Below the pieces are notes generated by a model. That model had not been told where the DNA came from. It worked only from the letters and a program-made list of their open reading frames with translations, and did no database searches. Shown piece by piece: positions 37,710 to 47,269 of a stretch of 64,000 nt of DNA. The stretch comes from an uncultured bacterium (GTDB taxonomy: Bacteria > Abyssobacteria > SURF-5), in NCBI GenBank assembly GCA_964607485.1, contig CAZSKP010000001.1:153941-217940 (forward strand), read 5' to 3'. How positions within the stretch are numbered: the first letter of the stretch is position 1; each line of letters opens with the position of its first letter. The position numbers were made by a program, and so were the translations under genes.

Positions 37710-40166
37710 TCAGGCTTTCTCGACGGTCTTCTGCAGGATGGCTTGTTCGAATTTTGCCTTCGTCACCTCGGCGTCTTCGTGAATTATTTGGTAGCCGAGC
37801 TCGACAATCGGCATCTTGACACCCATCCTGTTGGCCAGCCGATACAGACTGGCAATCGAGGCGAATGTCTCGATGGTCTCGTTTCTCTCCGCGAACGCCT
37901 GTGCGGCTTTGCGGGCCGGCCGCCTTTGTCCCAGCAGTTTTCCGAACTTGCTCGAACGTCCTGCCATGGCGGTGGCGTGCAAGTCGGGCCACCAGGCGTG
38001 GCTCTCGGTGAACGTTTTCGGGTCCGCTCCGAGGGCGTTTCCGAGGTTTACGATCTCTTCGGTGGCGGCCATCATGAATGCGCCGAGATAGTTTTCGCCC
38101 ATTCCGAAGGACTTGGCGGCGGCGTAGAGGGTGGCATAGGGATTCTTTGCCGCGCCGGCGAGCGAGGTTCCTATCGGATCGGTCGAGGTGTGCACGACCA
38201 TGCGGGGATTCTCGAACAGCTTCTTCAACTCGGCGACACGCTCAGGCTTTTCACCTGCGAGCTGCGTGGAACAGACTTCGCCCCGTATCACTTCCAGCGC
38301 GATGTTCGCTCCGGAAAGCACCGCGATATGGATGTTGTGTGCGAGCTTGGCCTTCTCGATTTTTTCGCGCGCCCTCACGGGCAGAAGCTCGGCGCTCTCG
38401 TGGGAGAATCCCTTTGTGGCGATGATGAGGTCGAGGTCCCGCGAGGCGTACTTGCATATGTTGTCAACCACCCGTTCGAACTGGCTGGAGGGCGTCGCTA
38501 TGATGATCACCTTCGAATCGTTTATCGCGTCCTTGTAGGAAAACTTCGGGTAGACGATCTTGGGCGCTTCCATCCCGTGGAAAAACAGTGGGTGAACGCC
38601 CTTGTACTTGAGGGCCTCGGTTATTTCCTCGCGCGTGTCGTATATGACTATGCTGTGCCGGCGATAGGCCGGGTCTTCGAGAAACTTTTTTCCGATGAGA
38701 TAGGCGATGGTGTAACCCCACTGGCCGGCTCCGATGACGCTGACCTTGTCGTCGTAGTCGGGCGAGTACAGCCGATGGTCGGTCATGTTCCCGTAATAGG
38801 CGAGCGCGGCGCGGTCGTTGACGCGGACGCGGTATCTGAAGAACACCTGGCCTCGGCTGATGATGTGCATCAGCCCCAGCTCCCTCAGGCCGGCCTCCAT
38901 GACCGTTCTGGGTCCCATCTCGAACTCATAGGAGAAATTGGGGGCGGAGCCGAACGTGTTGTGGTGGTAGTCGGTGACCTTGTCTATCTCGGCCTGAATC
39001 TGCTGAGACAGGTGGGGGATGGAAACAGCGTCGTTGCCCTCGATCGCCTCGGCGACGATGTGGCTGGGCATGACCTTCTTCACCTTCGCGATGCGGCGCA
39101 TGCTCTCCTCGGCCACCAGCCGGGCGGGCTCGGTGGCGTCGGGATGGGCGGACAGAAACTCCTTGATCGAGAAGGGCTCGCCGACGCTGGCGCACGCTCT
39201 TCCGTATATGTTCCTGTAACTCATCAGCAGACTGTATCCCATCAGATGCAGAGCGCCTCTGCCGTTCTCGTGGTCGCGGAGCAGACGAAGCGGGCGCCTG
39301 CGGTGTCGCAGAAAACGATAGGTGCCGCGTCCGTGGATGAGCTTGTAGTACTCCGGCACGCGCGAAAACGAGACGGCGATGGGGACGACTATCGCGTCTT
39401 TGGCCGAGTCGAGTATGCCGTCCACGACGCGGAGGCGTTCGGGCAGACGAAGCGTGCCGTTGCGGGTGCGCGCTCCCTGCCGATTGTTGGCCTCGGGGAA
39501 GATGAGGAAATCTTCTCCGTTGTCGGTGAGCGTCTCGCACGTTTTCTCGAGGATCGACTTATAGAGCTTCGCGTCCGTTCCTTCGCCGAGCGACCGCTTC
39601 ACCTTGATCACGTTGAGTTCCTTCATTATCTGCTCGACCTTGGCCAGGAACATCAGGTTTGCTCCTGCGGCGAAATGGCCCAGCCCGAGCCCGAACGAGT
39701 CCGAGAGCGTGCCTATCAGGATGTCGTCTATGTTCGAGGAATGATTCGCCGCTATGACGCGGCTTAGGGATGTGTCGGAGGGGATCAGGCTCAAGTTCGC
39801 GGTGTCGGCCTCTTTCTCCTTGAAGAAAGCAATCAGGCCGGAGTGGTCGAAGAAGAGGTCGAGCAGGAAATAGGCCATGTCCCTGAACCGCTGGTGAGTG
39901 ACGGGATTGTACGTCGGCAGTATATCGCGCACCCCGGCCTCGACACGGTTCCAGTCGGAAGTCGAGGGGAGTTCGTCCTCAAGGCGCGCCATCACGTCGC
40001 GCACCGTCGCCTCGGTGTCTATCGGCTGCTGAGGCGTGAAAGGCCTGACTCTCTCAATGATGCCGCTGGCGTAGGTTTCCTTTTCGATGAAATCTAAGAG
40101 TGAATCGAGCTTCCTCGAGGCGAGTCGCACGACGTGTTTTCTGAGGCTGCGAACAGAAGGCGCCAT
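37710..40166 (-). CDS. Fusion of glycerolipid acyltransferase (PlsB/PlsC superfamily) and NAD(P)H-dependent glycerol-3-phosphate dehydrogenase (GpsA-like)
   Basis: NHSSNID (HX4D), AAGANL, IFPE...RTRNG; from ~38750 down VSVIGAGQWG, ATPS, ATKG, LSGAN, GAAKN; ATG 40166 after GAGGGAG (ORF track starts 40211). Confidence 0.88.
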   Translation of the reverse strand: MAPSVRSLRKHVVRLASRKLDSLLDFIEKETYASGIIERVRPFTPQQPIDTEATVRDVMARLEDELPSTSDWNRVEAGVRDILPTYNPVTHQRFRDMAYFLLDLFFDHSGLIAFFKEKEADTANLSLIPSDTSLSRVIAANHSSNIDDILIGTLSDSFGLGLGHFAAGANLMFLAKVEQIMKELNVIKVKRSLGEGTDAKLYKSILEKTCETLTDNGEDFLIFPEANNRQGARTRNGTLRLPERLRVVDGILDSAKDAIVVPIAVSFSRVPEYYKLIHGRGTYRFLRHRRRPLRLLRDHENGRGALHLMGYSLLMSYRNIYGRACASVGEPFSIKEFLSAHPDATEPARLVAEESMRRIAKVKKVMPSHIVAEAIEGNDAVSIPHLSQQIQAEIDKVTDYHHNTFGSAPNFSYEFEMGPRTVMEAGLRELGLMHIISRGQVFFRYRVRVNDRAALAYYGNMTDHRLYSPDYDDKVSVIGAGQWGYTIAYLIGKKFLEDPAYRRHSIVIYDTREEITEALKYKGVHPLFFHGMEAPKIVYPKFSYKDAINDSKVIIIATPSSQFERVVDNICKYASRDLDLIIATKGFSHESAELLPVRAREKIEKAKLAHNIHIAVLSGANIALEVIRGEVCSTQLAGEKPERVAELKKLFENPRMVVHTSTDPIGTSLAGAAKNPYATLYAAAKSFGMGENYLGAFMMAATEEIVNLGNALGADPKTFTESHAWWPDLHATAMAGRSSKFGKLLGQRRPARKAAQAFAERNETIETFASIASLYRLANRMGVKMPIVELGYQIIHEDAEVTKAKFEQAILQKTVEKA

Positions 40167-40239
40167 TTCTCCCTCACCCGGCCCTGTCGTTTTGTTCCGC
40201 AATTCCCTCAAGGGGGAGCAATAACGATGCCATGACCCT

Positions 40240-40267
40240 ATTATATCAGCAATCTATTGATTAGCAA
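40240..40267 (-). promoter_or_regulatory. Sigma70-type promoter of the acyltransferase-GpsA fusion
   Basis: Minus strand TTGCTA-N16-TATAAT with extended -10 TG. Confidence 0.5.
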
Positions 40268-40421
40268 GTACATAGGGAGCCACGGCGCGTACCCGCCGAC
40301 CCTCCGGGCTGTCCCTTTTTTGCAGGATTGCACCTGCGCGTCGCAGGAAAAACATTGCGCCCTGCCGCCCGGGTTCAGAATTCAGAGTCTCCATTTTCGC
40401 TGGGACAAAGGGGCGCGAAGC

Positions 40422-41957
40422 TCATGCCTGTTCTTTCAGCATAAAAATTCGATATGGATGTATGTCGCAATCCACATCGACTTTCTCGTACAAATCCCAG
40501 AACCTGGGGTTTTCGAGCATATATTCGTTTGCAGCGATGCGCAGGTTGAGAGGGCGGGATATCCGCCGAAGCTCGGGGGGCGGAGGAAGAACCAATATGA
40601 CATCCGGCCTCCTGTCCAGCACATAGTCGGTGTCCGCTCTCTGGTGGCCGATTGTGCATCGCTTGTCCGTCAGGCCGTGCCGCGCAATGTGGCTGTCGGT
40701 AAGACCCAGCATATCTATCACAGTGTTTTCGGAATAATAGGGCATGATGCCGGCGGCGATCACTGCTATCGTGTCGGCCGGTTGCGTGTGCTTTTCCAGG
40801 CATCTCAACACACGCACGTTGGTCTTGTTTATTTCTTCGCACACTTGGACCCCCAGCCGCGCGTATGCCAGGCCTCGCGCCGCACCGAGCAGGAAGACAA
40901 CGATGAGCGTCGCTCCTGCGACCAGGCAGAGTGTCCTCTTAAGGAGCGAGATGTTCACCGATCTCACGCCCAGCATAACGGACAGCCGGATCAGTTCCTG
41001 AGTCAGAATGTAAATCAACGGGAGCAAGGCAAACAGAAAGCGCCCGGTGAAGACGAAATCGCCCCCTATCCCGACATTATAAAGAAACGTGGCGGCCATG
41101 ATAACGCAAAAGCATAGCGCCCACTTCTTGCGCAGCAGGAACGGCCCCGCGACCATGACGAACAATGGAATGAAGCCGGTGGAAAGAAGAAAGTGTATCG
41201 TGTAGTAGATGCCGCTCGACCAGTTGAGCGTTCCCTTGGCATAGTACGTGTTCGGCAGCCAACTATCGTAGTAACTCACCCGCCACGCCAGATGCAGCAG
41301 CACCATCGAGGCGAACACGCCCGCATACTTTGCGACCTCCGGCATCCGCTCGGATAATTTCTCCCTTTTCAACAGCGTCCATGACACGTTCATCGCAACC
41401 ATGCTACCTGCCCAGATGACTGCTTCCGGCCTGGTCAGATATCCCAATCCCAGCAGAAGACCAGTCAGGTATGGCAGCCGCGACCTACGAGTGTGGTTGA
41501 GGTACGCCGCGACACTGAGAAACATGAGCAGCGCAAAGAGAAGTGTCTCCATTCCCGACCCGATGTGTTCAATGAATACCGGATTCAGAGCCAACAGGAT
41601 GGGCGCAAGGTAGGAAAGATATGGAAACGGCGAATCCCGAAAGGAGGATTTCGAGAACAGCGCAACCGCCACAACAAGGAGGGCGGCGCAAAGGACCGAC
41701 GCCGCTCGCGCGAACGCCAGGATGTCGAAGCCGAGCTTGCGGCCGGCGGCCATGAGCACAACCCAGAGGAAGCTTGTGTAGCCTTCGACCCGCTCGCCTA
41801 CATTGTACACAAGCCCCTTGCCCTCGGCAAAATGCTTCGCGTATCTGAATGCGATGAACGCATCATCGACCGTCATGCTCAGATGACCGGACGCCATCCA
41901 GAAGAAGAGACACAGACAAACGAAGACTACAATCCATACGACAAGAGACTTCTTCAT
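40422..41957 (-). CDS. Polytopic GT-C-type glycosyltransferase (arabinofuranosyltransferase-like)
   Basis: VDDAFIAFRYA, YNVGERVEGYTS, SGMET, TRPEA, PNTYYAK, DMLGLTD; many TM helices; start may be 42017. Confidence 0.75.
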   Translation of the reverse strand: MKKSLVVWIVVFVCLCLFFWMASGHLSMTVDDAFIAFRYAKHFAEGKGLVYNVGERVEGYTSFLWVVLMAAGRKLGFDILAFARAASVLCAALLVVAVALFSKSSFRDSPFPYLSYLAPILLALNPVFIEHIGSGMETLLFALLMFLSVAAYLNHTRRSRLPYLTGLLLGLGYLTRPEAVIWAGSMVAMNVSWTLLKREKLSERMPEVAKYAGVFASMVLLHLAWRVSYYDSWLPNTYYAKGTLNWSSGIYYTIHFLLSTGFIPLFVMVAGPFLLRKKWALCFCVIMAATFLYNVGIGGDFVFTGRFLFALLPLIYILTQELIRLSVMLGVRSVNISLLKRTLCLVAGATLIVVFLLGAARGLAYARLGVQVCEEINKTNVRVLRCLEKHTQPADTIAVIAAGIMPYYSENTVIDMLGLTDSHIARHGLTDKRCTIGHQRADTDYVLDRRPDVILVLPPPPELRRISRPLNLRIAANEYMLENPRFWDLYEKVDVDCDIHPYRIFMLKEQA

Positions 41958-42098
41958 GAAAAATCCAAATCCCTCTCGGTTCTCAACAAAATATCTCAAC
42001 GAAGATTTTCCTGTCAAGCTTCAGAGAAACATTGGAGAGATTCCTTAGGGAGGATATCCGCTTAAATCCGCCATTCCGGTCGGTGGACAAGTTTTTCA

Positions 42099-42259
42099 TG
42101 CAAAGTCGCAAGGCCGCCAAGGGATTTAGCAGGGTCAAAGCACAACATTAACCACCAAGGCACCAAGACACCAAGGAAAAGGAAAAGAGAAAAGGTTTTC
42201 TTTGTGCTTTTGTGCCTTGGTGGTTCAATCCCCTCTGTGAACTCTGAGTCCTCTGTGGC
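42099..42259. repeat. Cluster of short-period (8/9-nt) triad repeats, partly forming a hairpin
   Basis: TGCAAAGT-CGCAAGGC-CGCCAAGG; CACCAAGG-CACCAAGA-CACCAAGG with inverted arm at 42200-42225; CTCTGTGAA-CTCTGAGTC-CTCTGTGGC. Confidence 0.7.
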
Positions 42260-42289
42260 GAAAAGAAGGTTTGCCTGCGGCGGAGAAGA

Positions 42290-43276
42290 TCAATCGGGGC
42301 TTTGCTCGGGGGAAACGTCGGTGCCGTAGGTGGGCTTCTTGTAGAGCACCCGCTCGAGCGCCCTCTGGTACACCGTCCATGACGATTCCGGGTCGCGGTC
42401 TTCCGAGAGCGCCCGCTTGATTACATCGACCTTCACGTCGAGGTCGTCGGCACGGTGCAGAATTTCCGCCTCCAGAAACATCGGCGGCCGCGGCGAGCCC
42501 CATTCGGTTTGACCGTGATGTGAAAGCAGCATGTGTTCGACGAGCATTCGCAGCTTGGGAGGGAAGCCGGGTATGCGCGCAATTACCTCGTCAACCATCT
42601 GGATTCCGATGGTGATGTGTCCGAGCAGGTTCCCCTCTTCGGTGTAGTTTATCGACGGCATGACTTCGAGCTCCTTCACCTTTCCGATGTCGTGAAGGAT
42701 CGCCATCGTGATGAGCAGGTCGGCGTCCACGCCCTCGTAGTGCGTCGTCAGATACTCGCATATGCGCGCGGTGGAGAGTGTGTGTTCGAGCAGCCCGCCG
42801 ACGCAGACGTGGTGTATGTTCCTTGCCGCGGGTGACGCCGCAAACTTCTTCGCGAAATCCTCGTCGAGGAAGAAACCTTCCAAAAGCGCCTTCAGGTGGG
42901 GATTATCCACGCTCTCGATGTACGACCGAAGCTCAAGCAGCATCTCCTCCGCGTCGTGCGCCGACTGGCGGAGGAAATCCGACAGGTCTATTTCGTCGGG
43001 CTCGCTCGTGCGAAGTCTGCGGACCACGAGCTGCAGCTCCTTATTGTACAGCTCCACATTCGCGTCCACCTTGATGACGTCGTTGTTTCTGAACGTCTCG
43101 TAGAATTCGATCGCGCTGTCCCACAGCTTGGCCGAGATGCTCCCGGTCTTGTCCTGCAGAATCATGCTGATATACGGCTTGCCGGACTTGGTGGTGAGGA
43201 GCTGCTTGGATTGGACGAGAAAGTGCGCAACTATCCTCTCACCTTCCGCCAGTTCGTTTATGTATCGCTTGCTCAT
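42290..43276 (-). CDS. yhaM: 3'-5' exoribonuclease YhaM family (OB fold plus HD domain)
   Basis: LQDKTG..SAKLWD, PAA..HH...GGLLEH, LHDIGK, GHI, SHHG..EWGSP, HRADDLD. Confidence 0.9.
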   Translation of the reverse strand: MSKRYINELAEGERIVAHFLVQSKQLLTTKSGKPYISMILQDKTGSISAKLWDSAIEFYETFRNNDVIKVDANVELYNKELQLVVRRLRTSEPDEIDLSDFLRQSAHDAEEMLLELRSYIESVDNPHLKALLEGFFLDEDFAKKFAASPAARNIHHVCVGGLLEHTLSTARICEYLTTHYEGVDADLLITMAILHDIGKVKELEVMPSINYTEEGNLLGHITIGIQMVDEVIARIPGFPPKLRMLVEHMLLSHHGQTEWGSPRPPMFLEAEILHRADDLDVKVDVIKRALSEDRDPESSWTVYQRALERVLYKKPTYGTDVSPEQSPD

Positions 43277-43301
43277 AGGGCAAGGGTGAAGCGTGAATGC
43301 G

Positions 43302-44588
43302 TCAGGCAATCCGGATGAGTGCGCTCTTTTCCTTCATGAACTCCATGGCGTCAATCTCCGCCAGCGCCTTTCTTACGTCGCGCTCGAGCGCCTCGTGCGT
43401 CATCATGACGACCGGCACGTGCTTTCCCCGGTGCTGCGCTTTCTGGATTACCGACGCGATGCTTATGCCGTGCTTTCCAAGGATGCCCGATATCTGACCG
43501 AGCACTCCCGGCGTATCGAGAGCGGTAAAGCGAATGTAGTAGAGCGATGTGATTTCTTCGATGCTCCTCACCCTGCTGTCGTTCACGTAGGCGAACGGCC
43601 GGACGCGCAGCGGCGAACCGGATTGTATGTTCTTGCCGATGTCGATGAGGTCGCCGACAATCGCGCTGGCGGCGGGCAGCTTGCCGGCGCCTTTGCCATA
43701 GTACATTGTGGTGCCGACGACGTCGCCCTCGACCAGCAGCGCGTTGAACTCGTCCTTCACCGACGCCAGCAGCGAATCCTTCGACACGAGCGTCGGATGG
43801 ACGCGTACCTCGATTTCGTCGCCCGTCCTCTTGGCGATTGCAAGCAGCTTGATGACATAGCCGAGTTCGTCGGCGTACTCGACGTCTTCGTGGGTGAGTC
43901 TGCCGATGCCCTCGACGTAAATCTCGGAGAGGTCCACGCGCGTATTGAATGCGATGGTGGCCAGTATCGCCAGCTTATGAGCGGAGTCGTGGCCCTCGAT
44001 GTCGAGCGTGGGATTTGCCTCGGCGAATCCCTTTTTCTGCGCCTCCTTGAGCGCCCTGTCGAAACTCATCCCGTCGTAGGTCATCCGGCTCAAGACGTAG
44101 TTGCAGGTTCCGTTGACGATGCCGTAGATGCCGCTTATGCTGTTCCCGGCCAGTCCTTCCCTGAGCGCCTTGAGAATGGGGATGCCACCCGCGACGCTGG
44201 CCTCGAAGTAGAGGTCCACTCCTTTTTCCGACGCCAGCTCAACCAGCTCGGCCCCCTGTTTTGCCAGGAGCGCCTTGTTCGCGGTGACGACGTGCTTGTG
44301 GCTGTTCAGCGAATCGACTATGTATTCCCCCGCGGGTGAATAGCCGCCGATGAGCTCGACCACGATGTCCACGGAGGCGTCGTTTATCACTTCCGTCGCG
44401 CTCTTTGTGAACACTCCGTCGGGGACGCCCAGTTGTTTGCGCCGGGATTCGTCGGTGTCGGCGGCTTTTCGGACCGCCAGCCTTACTCCCGTTCGCCGCG
44501 AGATTTCCTCGAAGTGTTGCGTCAATGTTTCGTACACACCCGAGCCGACGACGCCCAGGCCGATTATGCCGATCCCTATTTCTTTCAT
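43302..44588 (-). CDS. hom: Homoserine dehydrogenase with C-terminal ACT domain
   Basis: GLGVVG, VVTANK, EASVAGGIP, NGTCN, GFAEANP..DIEG.D, D.PGVLG. Confidence 0.97.
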   Translation of the reverse strand: MKEIGIGIIGLGVVGSGVYETLTQHFEEISRRTGVRLAVRKAADTDESRRKQLGVPDGVFTKSATEVINDASVDIVVELIGGYSPAGEYIVDSLNSHKHVVTANKALLAKQGAELVELASEKGVDLYFEASVAGGIPILKALREGLAGNSISGIYGIVNGTCNYVLSRMTYDGMSFDRALKEAQKKGFAEANPTLDIEGHDSAHKLAILATIAFNTRVDLSEIYVEGIGRLTHEDVEYADELGYVIKLLAIAKRTGDEIEVRVHPTLVSKDSLLASVKDEFNALLVEGDVVGTTMYYGKGAGKLPAASAIVGDLIDIGKNIQSGSPLRVRPFAYVNDSRVRSIEEITSLYYIRFTALDTPGVLGQISGILGKHGISIASVIQKAQHRGKHVPVVMMTHEALERDVRKALAEIDAMEFMKEKSALIRIA

Positions 44589-44589
44589 G

Positions 44590-45774
44590 TTATTGTGCCT
44601 CGCTCAAGCAGTCGGCGACCCTGCTCAGACCTTCGCGGATGTTTTTCTCCGACGTGGCGAACGAGAAACGTATGCGCGTTGAGTCGCCGAAGTCGGTGCC
44701 CGGCACGGCGGCCACTCGGGCTTTTTCGAGCAGTGTCTTGCACAGGTCGTCGGCGGTCCTCACGACGGAGCCCTGCACTTTCTTGTCGATGAACGCCGCC
44801 ATGCTCGGGAAATAGTAGAACGCGCCCTCGGGCAGGGGAGTGCTGTCTTTCAGGCATTCGTTGAGTCCCTCGGCCAGTATCCTTCTGCGTTTGTCGAACT
44901 CCCGCAGCATGTTCTCCACGAACGCATAGTCGCCCGTCAGCGCCGCCATCGCCGCCTTCTGCGAAATGGAGCAAGGGTTGGAGGTCGATTGGCTTGTGAT
45001 GTTGCCTATCGCCTTTATGTAATCCGCGGGCCCCGCCGCGTAGCCGATGCGCCAGCCGGTCATCGAATACGTTTTCGACACGGCGTTGACGGTGAACGTG
45101 AGTTCTTTGAGGGCCTTATCGAACGACGCTATGCTGTGGTGTTCGTTTCCGTCGTACAGTATCTTCTCGTAGCACTCGTCCGAGAGGATCAAGATCCGGC
45201 GCCTGAGGGCGACGTCTCCGATGGCCTCAAGCTCGCTCCTGCTGTAAACGGCGCCCGTCGGGTTGCACGGGCTGTTGAGCACGAGCATCTTCGTCTTCGG
45301 TGTGATGGCGGCCTCGAATTGCTTGGCCGTCATCTTGAAGTCGGTCGTCTCAACCAGCTTCGGCGCGCCTCCGGCCAGGCAGACCTGTTCGGGATAGCTC
45401 ACCCAGAACGGCGACGGAATCAGGACTTCGTCGCCCGGGTCGCATACGACCTGGAATATGTTGTAGATAATCTGCTTCGCTCCGCAGCCAATGGAGATCT
45501 CCGAAGTGTTGCAGTCGAGCCCGTTGTCCCTCTTGAATTTCGCCGCGACCGCGTCCTTCAATTCGGGCATGCCCGAGGCAGCCGTGTACTTGGTGAACCC
45601 CGTCCTTATCGCTTCGATTGCAGCGTCCTTGATGTGTTGGGGCGTGTCGAAATCGGGCTCGCCCGCTCCGAACCCTATCACGTCTATTCCCTCGGCCCTC
45701 ATCGCCTTGGCTTTGGCTGTGATGGCGAGCGTGGAGGAAGGTTTGAGGCAGCGCGCTCTCTCCGAAAGGGCCAT
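44590..45774 (-). CDS. aspC: Aspartate aminotransferase family (class I) PLP enzyme
   Basis: GAGEPDFDTP, NSPCNPTG, SDECY, SKTYSMTGWRIG. Confidence 0.85.
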   Translation of the reverse strand: MALSERARCLKPSSTLAITAKAKAMRAEGIDVIGFGAGEPDFDTPQHIKDAAIEAIRTGFTKYTAASGMPELKDAVAAKFKRDNGLDCNTSEISIGCGAKQIIYNIFQVVCDPGDEVLIPSPFWVSYPEQVCLAGGAPKLVETTDFKMTAKQFEAAITPKTKMLVLNSPCNPTGAVYSRSELEAIGDVALRRRILILSDECYEKILYDGNEHHSIASFDKALKELTFTVNAVSKTYSMTGWRIGYAAGPADYIKAIGNITSQSTSNPCSISQKAAMAALTGDYAFVENMLREFDKRRRILAEGLNECLKDSTPLPEGAFYYFPSMAAFIDKKVQGSVVRTADDLCKTLLEKARVAAVPGTDFGDSTRIRFSFATSEKNIREGLSRVADCLSEAQ

Positions 45775-45778
45775 GTGT

Positions 45779-47002
45779 TCATCCCTTCCTTTCCCTGGCG
45801 GCGGAAGGAGCGGTTTCGCCCGCCCTGCCCGTCTCCATCATCGTTCGTATCCCACGCAGCGCCTGCCTTATTCGGTGCTCGTTCTCGACGAGCGCCAACC
45901 TCAGGTACCCTTCCCCGACTGTCCCGAACCCTACGCCGGGCGAGGTCGCGACGAGCGCTTCTTCCAGAAGGAGTTCAGAGAATTTCATCGAACCGAGCGG
46001 CCTGAATTTCTCCGGAATGGGCGCCCAGACGTACATCGTGGCCCTCGGGAGAGGGACGTCCCATCCCATATTGTTCAGGCCGTTCACCAGGACGTCTCGA
46101 CGGCGGCTGTAAATCTGAATCTGTTCGTCAACGTACGATTGATCTCCCTTCAAGGCGGCGATTGCAGCCACCTGGATGGGGGTGAAGATGCCGTAGTCGT
46201 AGTAGCTTTTCAGTTTGGCCAGCGCGGCGATAATGTGTCGGTTCCCGAGCGCGAAGCCGACGCGCCAGCCCGGCATATTGTATGTCTTCGACAGCGAGTA
46301 GAATTCTATTCCGACATCCTTTGCGCCCTTTGCCTGGAGGAAGCTCGGAGCCTTATATCCGTCGAAGCACATCTCGCTGTAAGCCAAATCGTGCACGATC
46401 AGTATCTGCTCCCTCTTCGCAAACTCGACAACCTCCTCGAAGAACGCCAGGTCGACGACCTGCGTCGTAGGGTTGTTGGGATAGCTGAGAATCAAAATTT
46501 TCGGCCGAGGATACACTTGGTGCGTCACCTTCGAGAGGTCGGGCAAAAAGTTGCTCTCGGCGGTGAGGGGCACCGACTGCAGATGCCCACCCGCGATCAC
46601 CACGCTGTAGTAGTGTATCGGGTAACTCGGGTTGGGCACGAGGACCATGTCGCCCTCGTCGAGTATGGCGAGGAAGAGGTGACAGATGCCCTCCTTCGAG
46701 CCGATGACGGCTATCGCTTCGGTCTCGGGGTCGAGTTCGACTCCAAACCGGCTGCCGTACCATTCGGTGATTGCCCTTCTCAGGTGCGGAATGCCGCTGG
46801 AGGCCGAATACCTGTGAGACTTGGGGTCCTGCGCGACCTCGCACAGCTTCTCCACTACGTGTGGCGGCGCGGGTTGGTCGGGATTCCCCATGCCTAGGTC
46901 GATCACGTCCTTGCCCGCCCGACGCGCGTTCAGCTTCATCTGGTTGATGCGCGCGAACATGTAGGGCGGAATCTTTTCCATGTGCTTTGAAAAAAAGCGC
47001 AC
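45779..47002 (-). CDS. alaC: AlaC/YfdZ-like class I aminotransferase
   Basis: PPYMF, DLGMGNPD, YPNNPT, HDLAY, SLSKTYNMPGWRVG, KSYYDYG, ALVENEHRIRQA; family usually adjacent to hom. Confidence 0.75.
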   Translation of the reverse strand: MRFFSKHMEKIPPYMFARINQMKLNARRAGKDVIDLGMGNPDQPAPPHVVEKLCEVAQDPKSHRYSASSGIPHLRRAITEWYGSRFGVELDPETEAIAVIGSKEGICHLFLAILDEGDMVLVPNPSYPIHYYSVVIAGGHLQSVPLTAESNFLPDLSKVTHQVYPRPKILILSYPNNPTTQVVDLAFFEEVVEFAKREQILIVHDLAYSEMCFDGYKAPSFLQAKGAKDVGIEFYSLSKTYNMPGWRVGFALGNRHIIAALAKLKSYYDYGIFTPIQVAAIAALKGDQSYVDEQIQIYSRRRDVLVNGLNNMGWDVPLPRATMYVWAPIPEKFRPLGSMKFSELLLEEALVATSPGVGFGTVGEGYLRLALVENEHRIRQALRGIRTMMETGRAGETAPSAARERKG

Positions 47003-47008
47003 CGGTAT

Positions 47009-47248
47009 CTACTCCTCCTCCAATACTGCGAGCACCTCGCCCACTTTCACCGTCTCTCCCTCGTCGGCCACTATCTCCGCCAGGACGCCCGACCTCGGAG
47101 ACGGCACATTGAAGGTGGCCTTGTCGGTCGTCATCTCCACGAGGTCGTCGCCTTCATTGACCTCGTCGCCTTCCTCGAAATGCCAGAAGGAAACGGAGGC
47201 CTCATCTCCGGCATCCTCGCCTAAGTCGGGTAGTTTCACTTCGTACAT
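47009..47248 (-). CDS. Free-standing E2-type lipoyl-carrier domain
   Basis: EVKLPDLGE, EMTTDKAT (lipoyl-Lys), PSPRSGVL, G.TVKVGEVL; own SD GGAGGA; next to lipA. Confidence 0.88.
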   Translation of the reverse strand: MYEVKLPDLGEDAGDEASVSFWHFEEGDEVNEGDDLVEMTTDKATFNVPSPRSGVLAEIVADEGETVKVGEVLAVLEEE

Positions 47249-47269
47249 TATTCTCCTCCGCCAGAAAGA

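Noticed and set aside
37554-39767. 737-aa plus-strand ORF and other long antisense ORFs (e.g. 24105-25907, 45491-46897, 50748-52112)
   Set aside because: They shadow well-supported genes on the opposite strand, have no recognisable motifs and are expected in GC-rich DNA
42099-42259. Possible CRISPR array
   Set aside because: Units are 8-9 nt with no unique spacers and there are no cas genes
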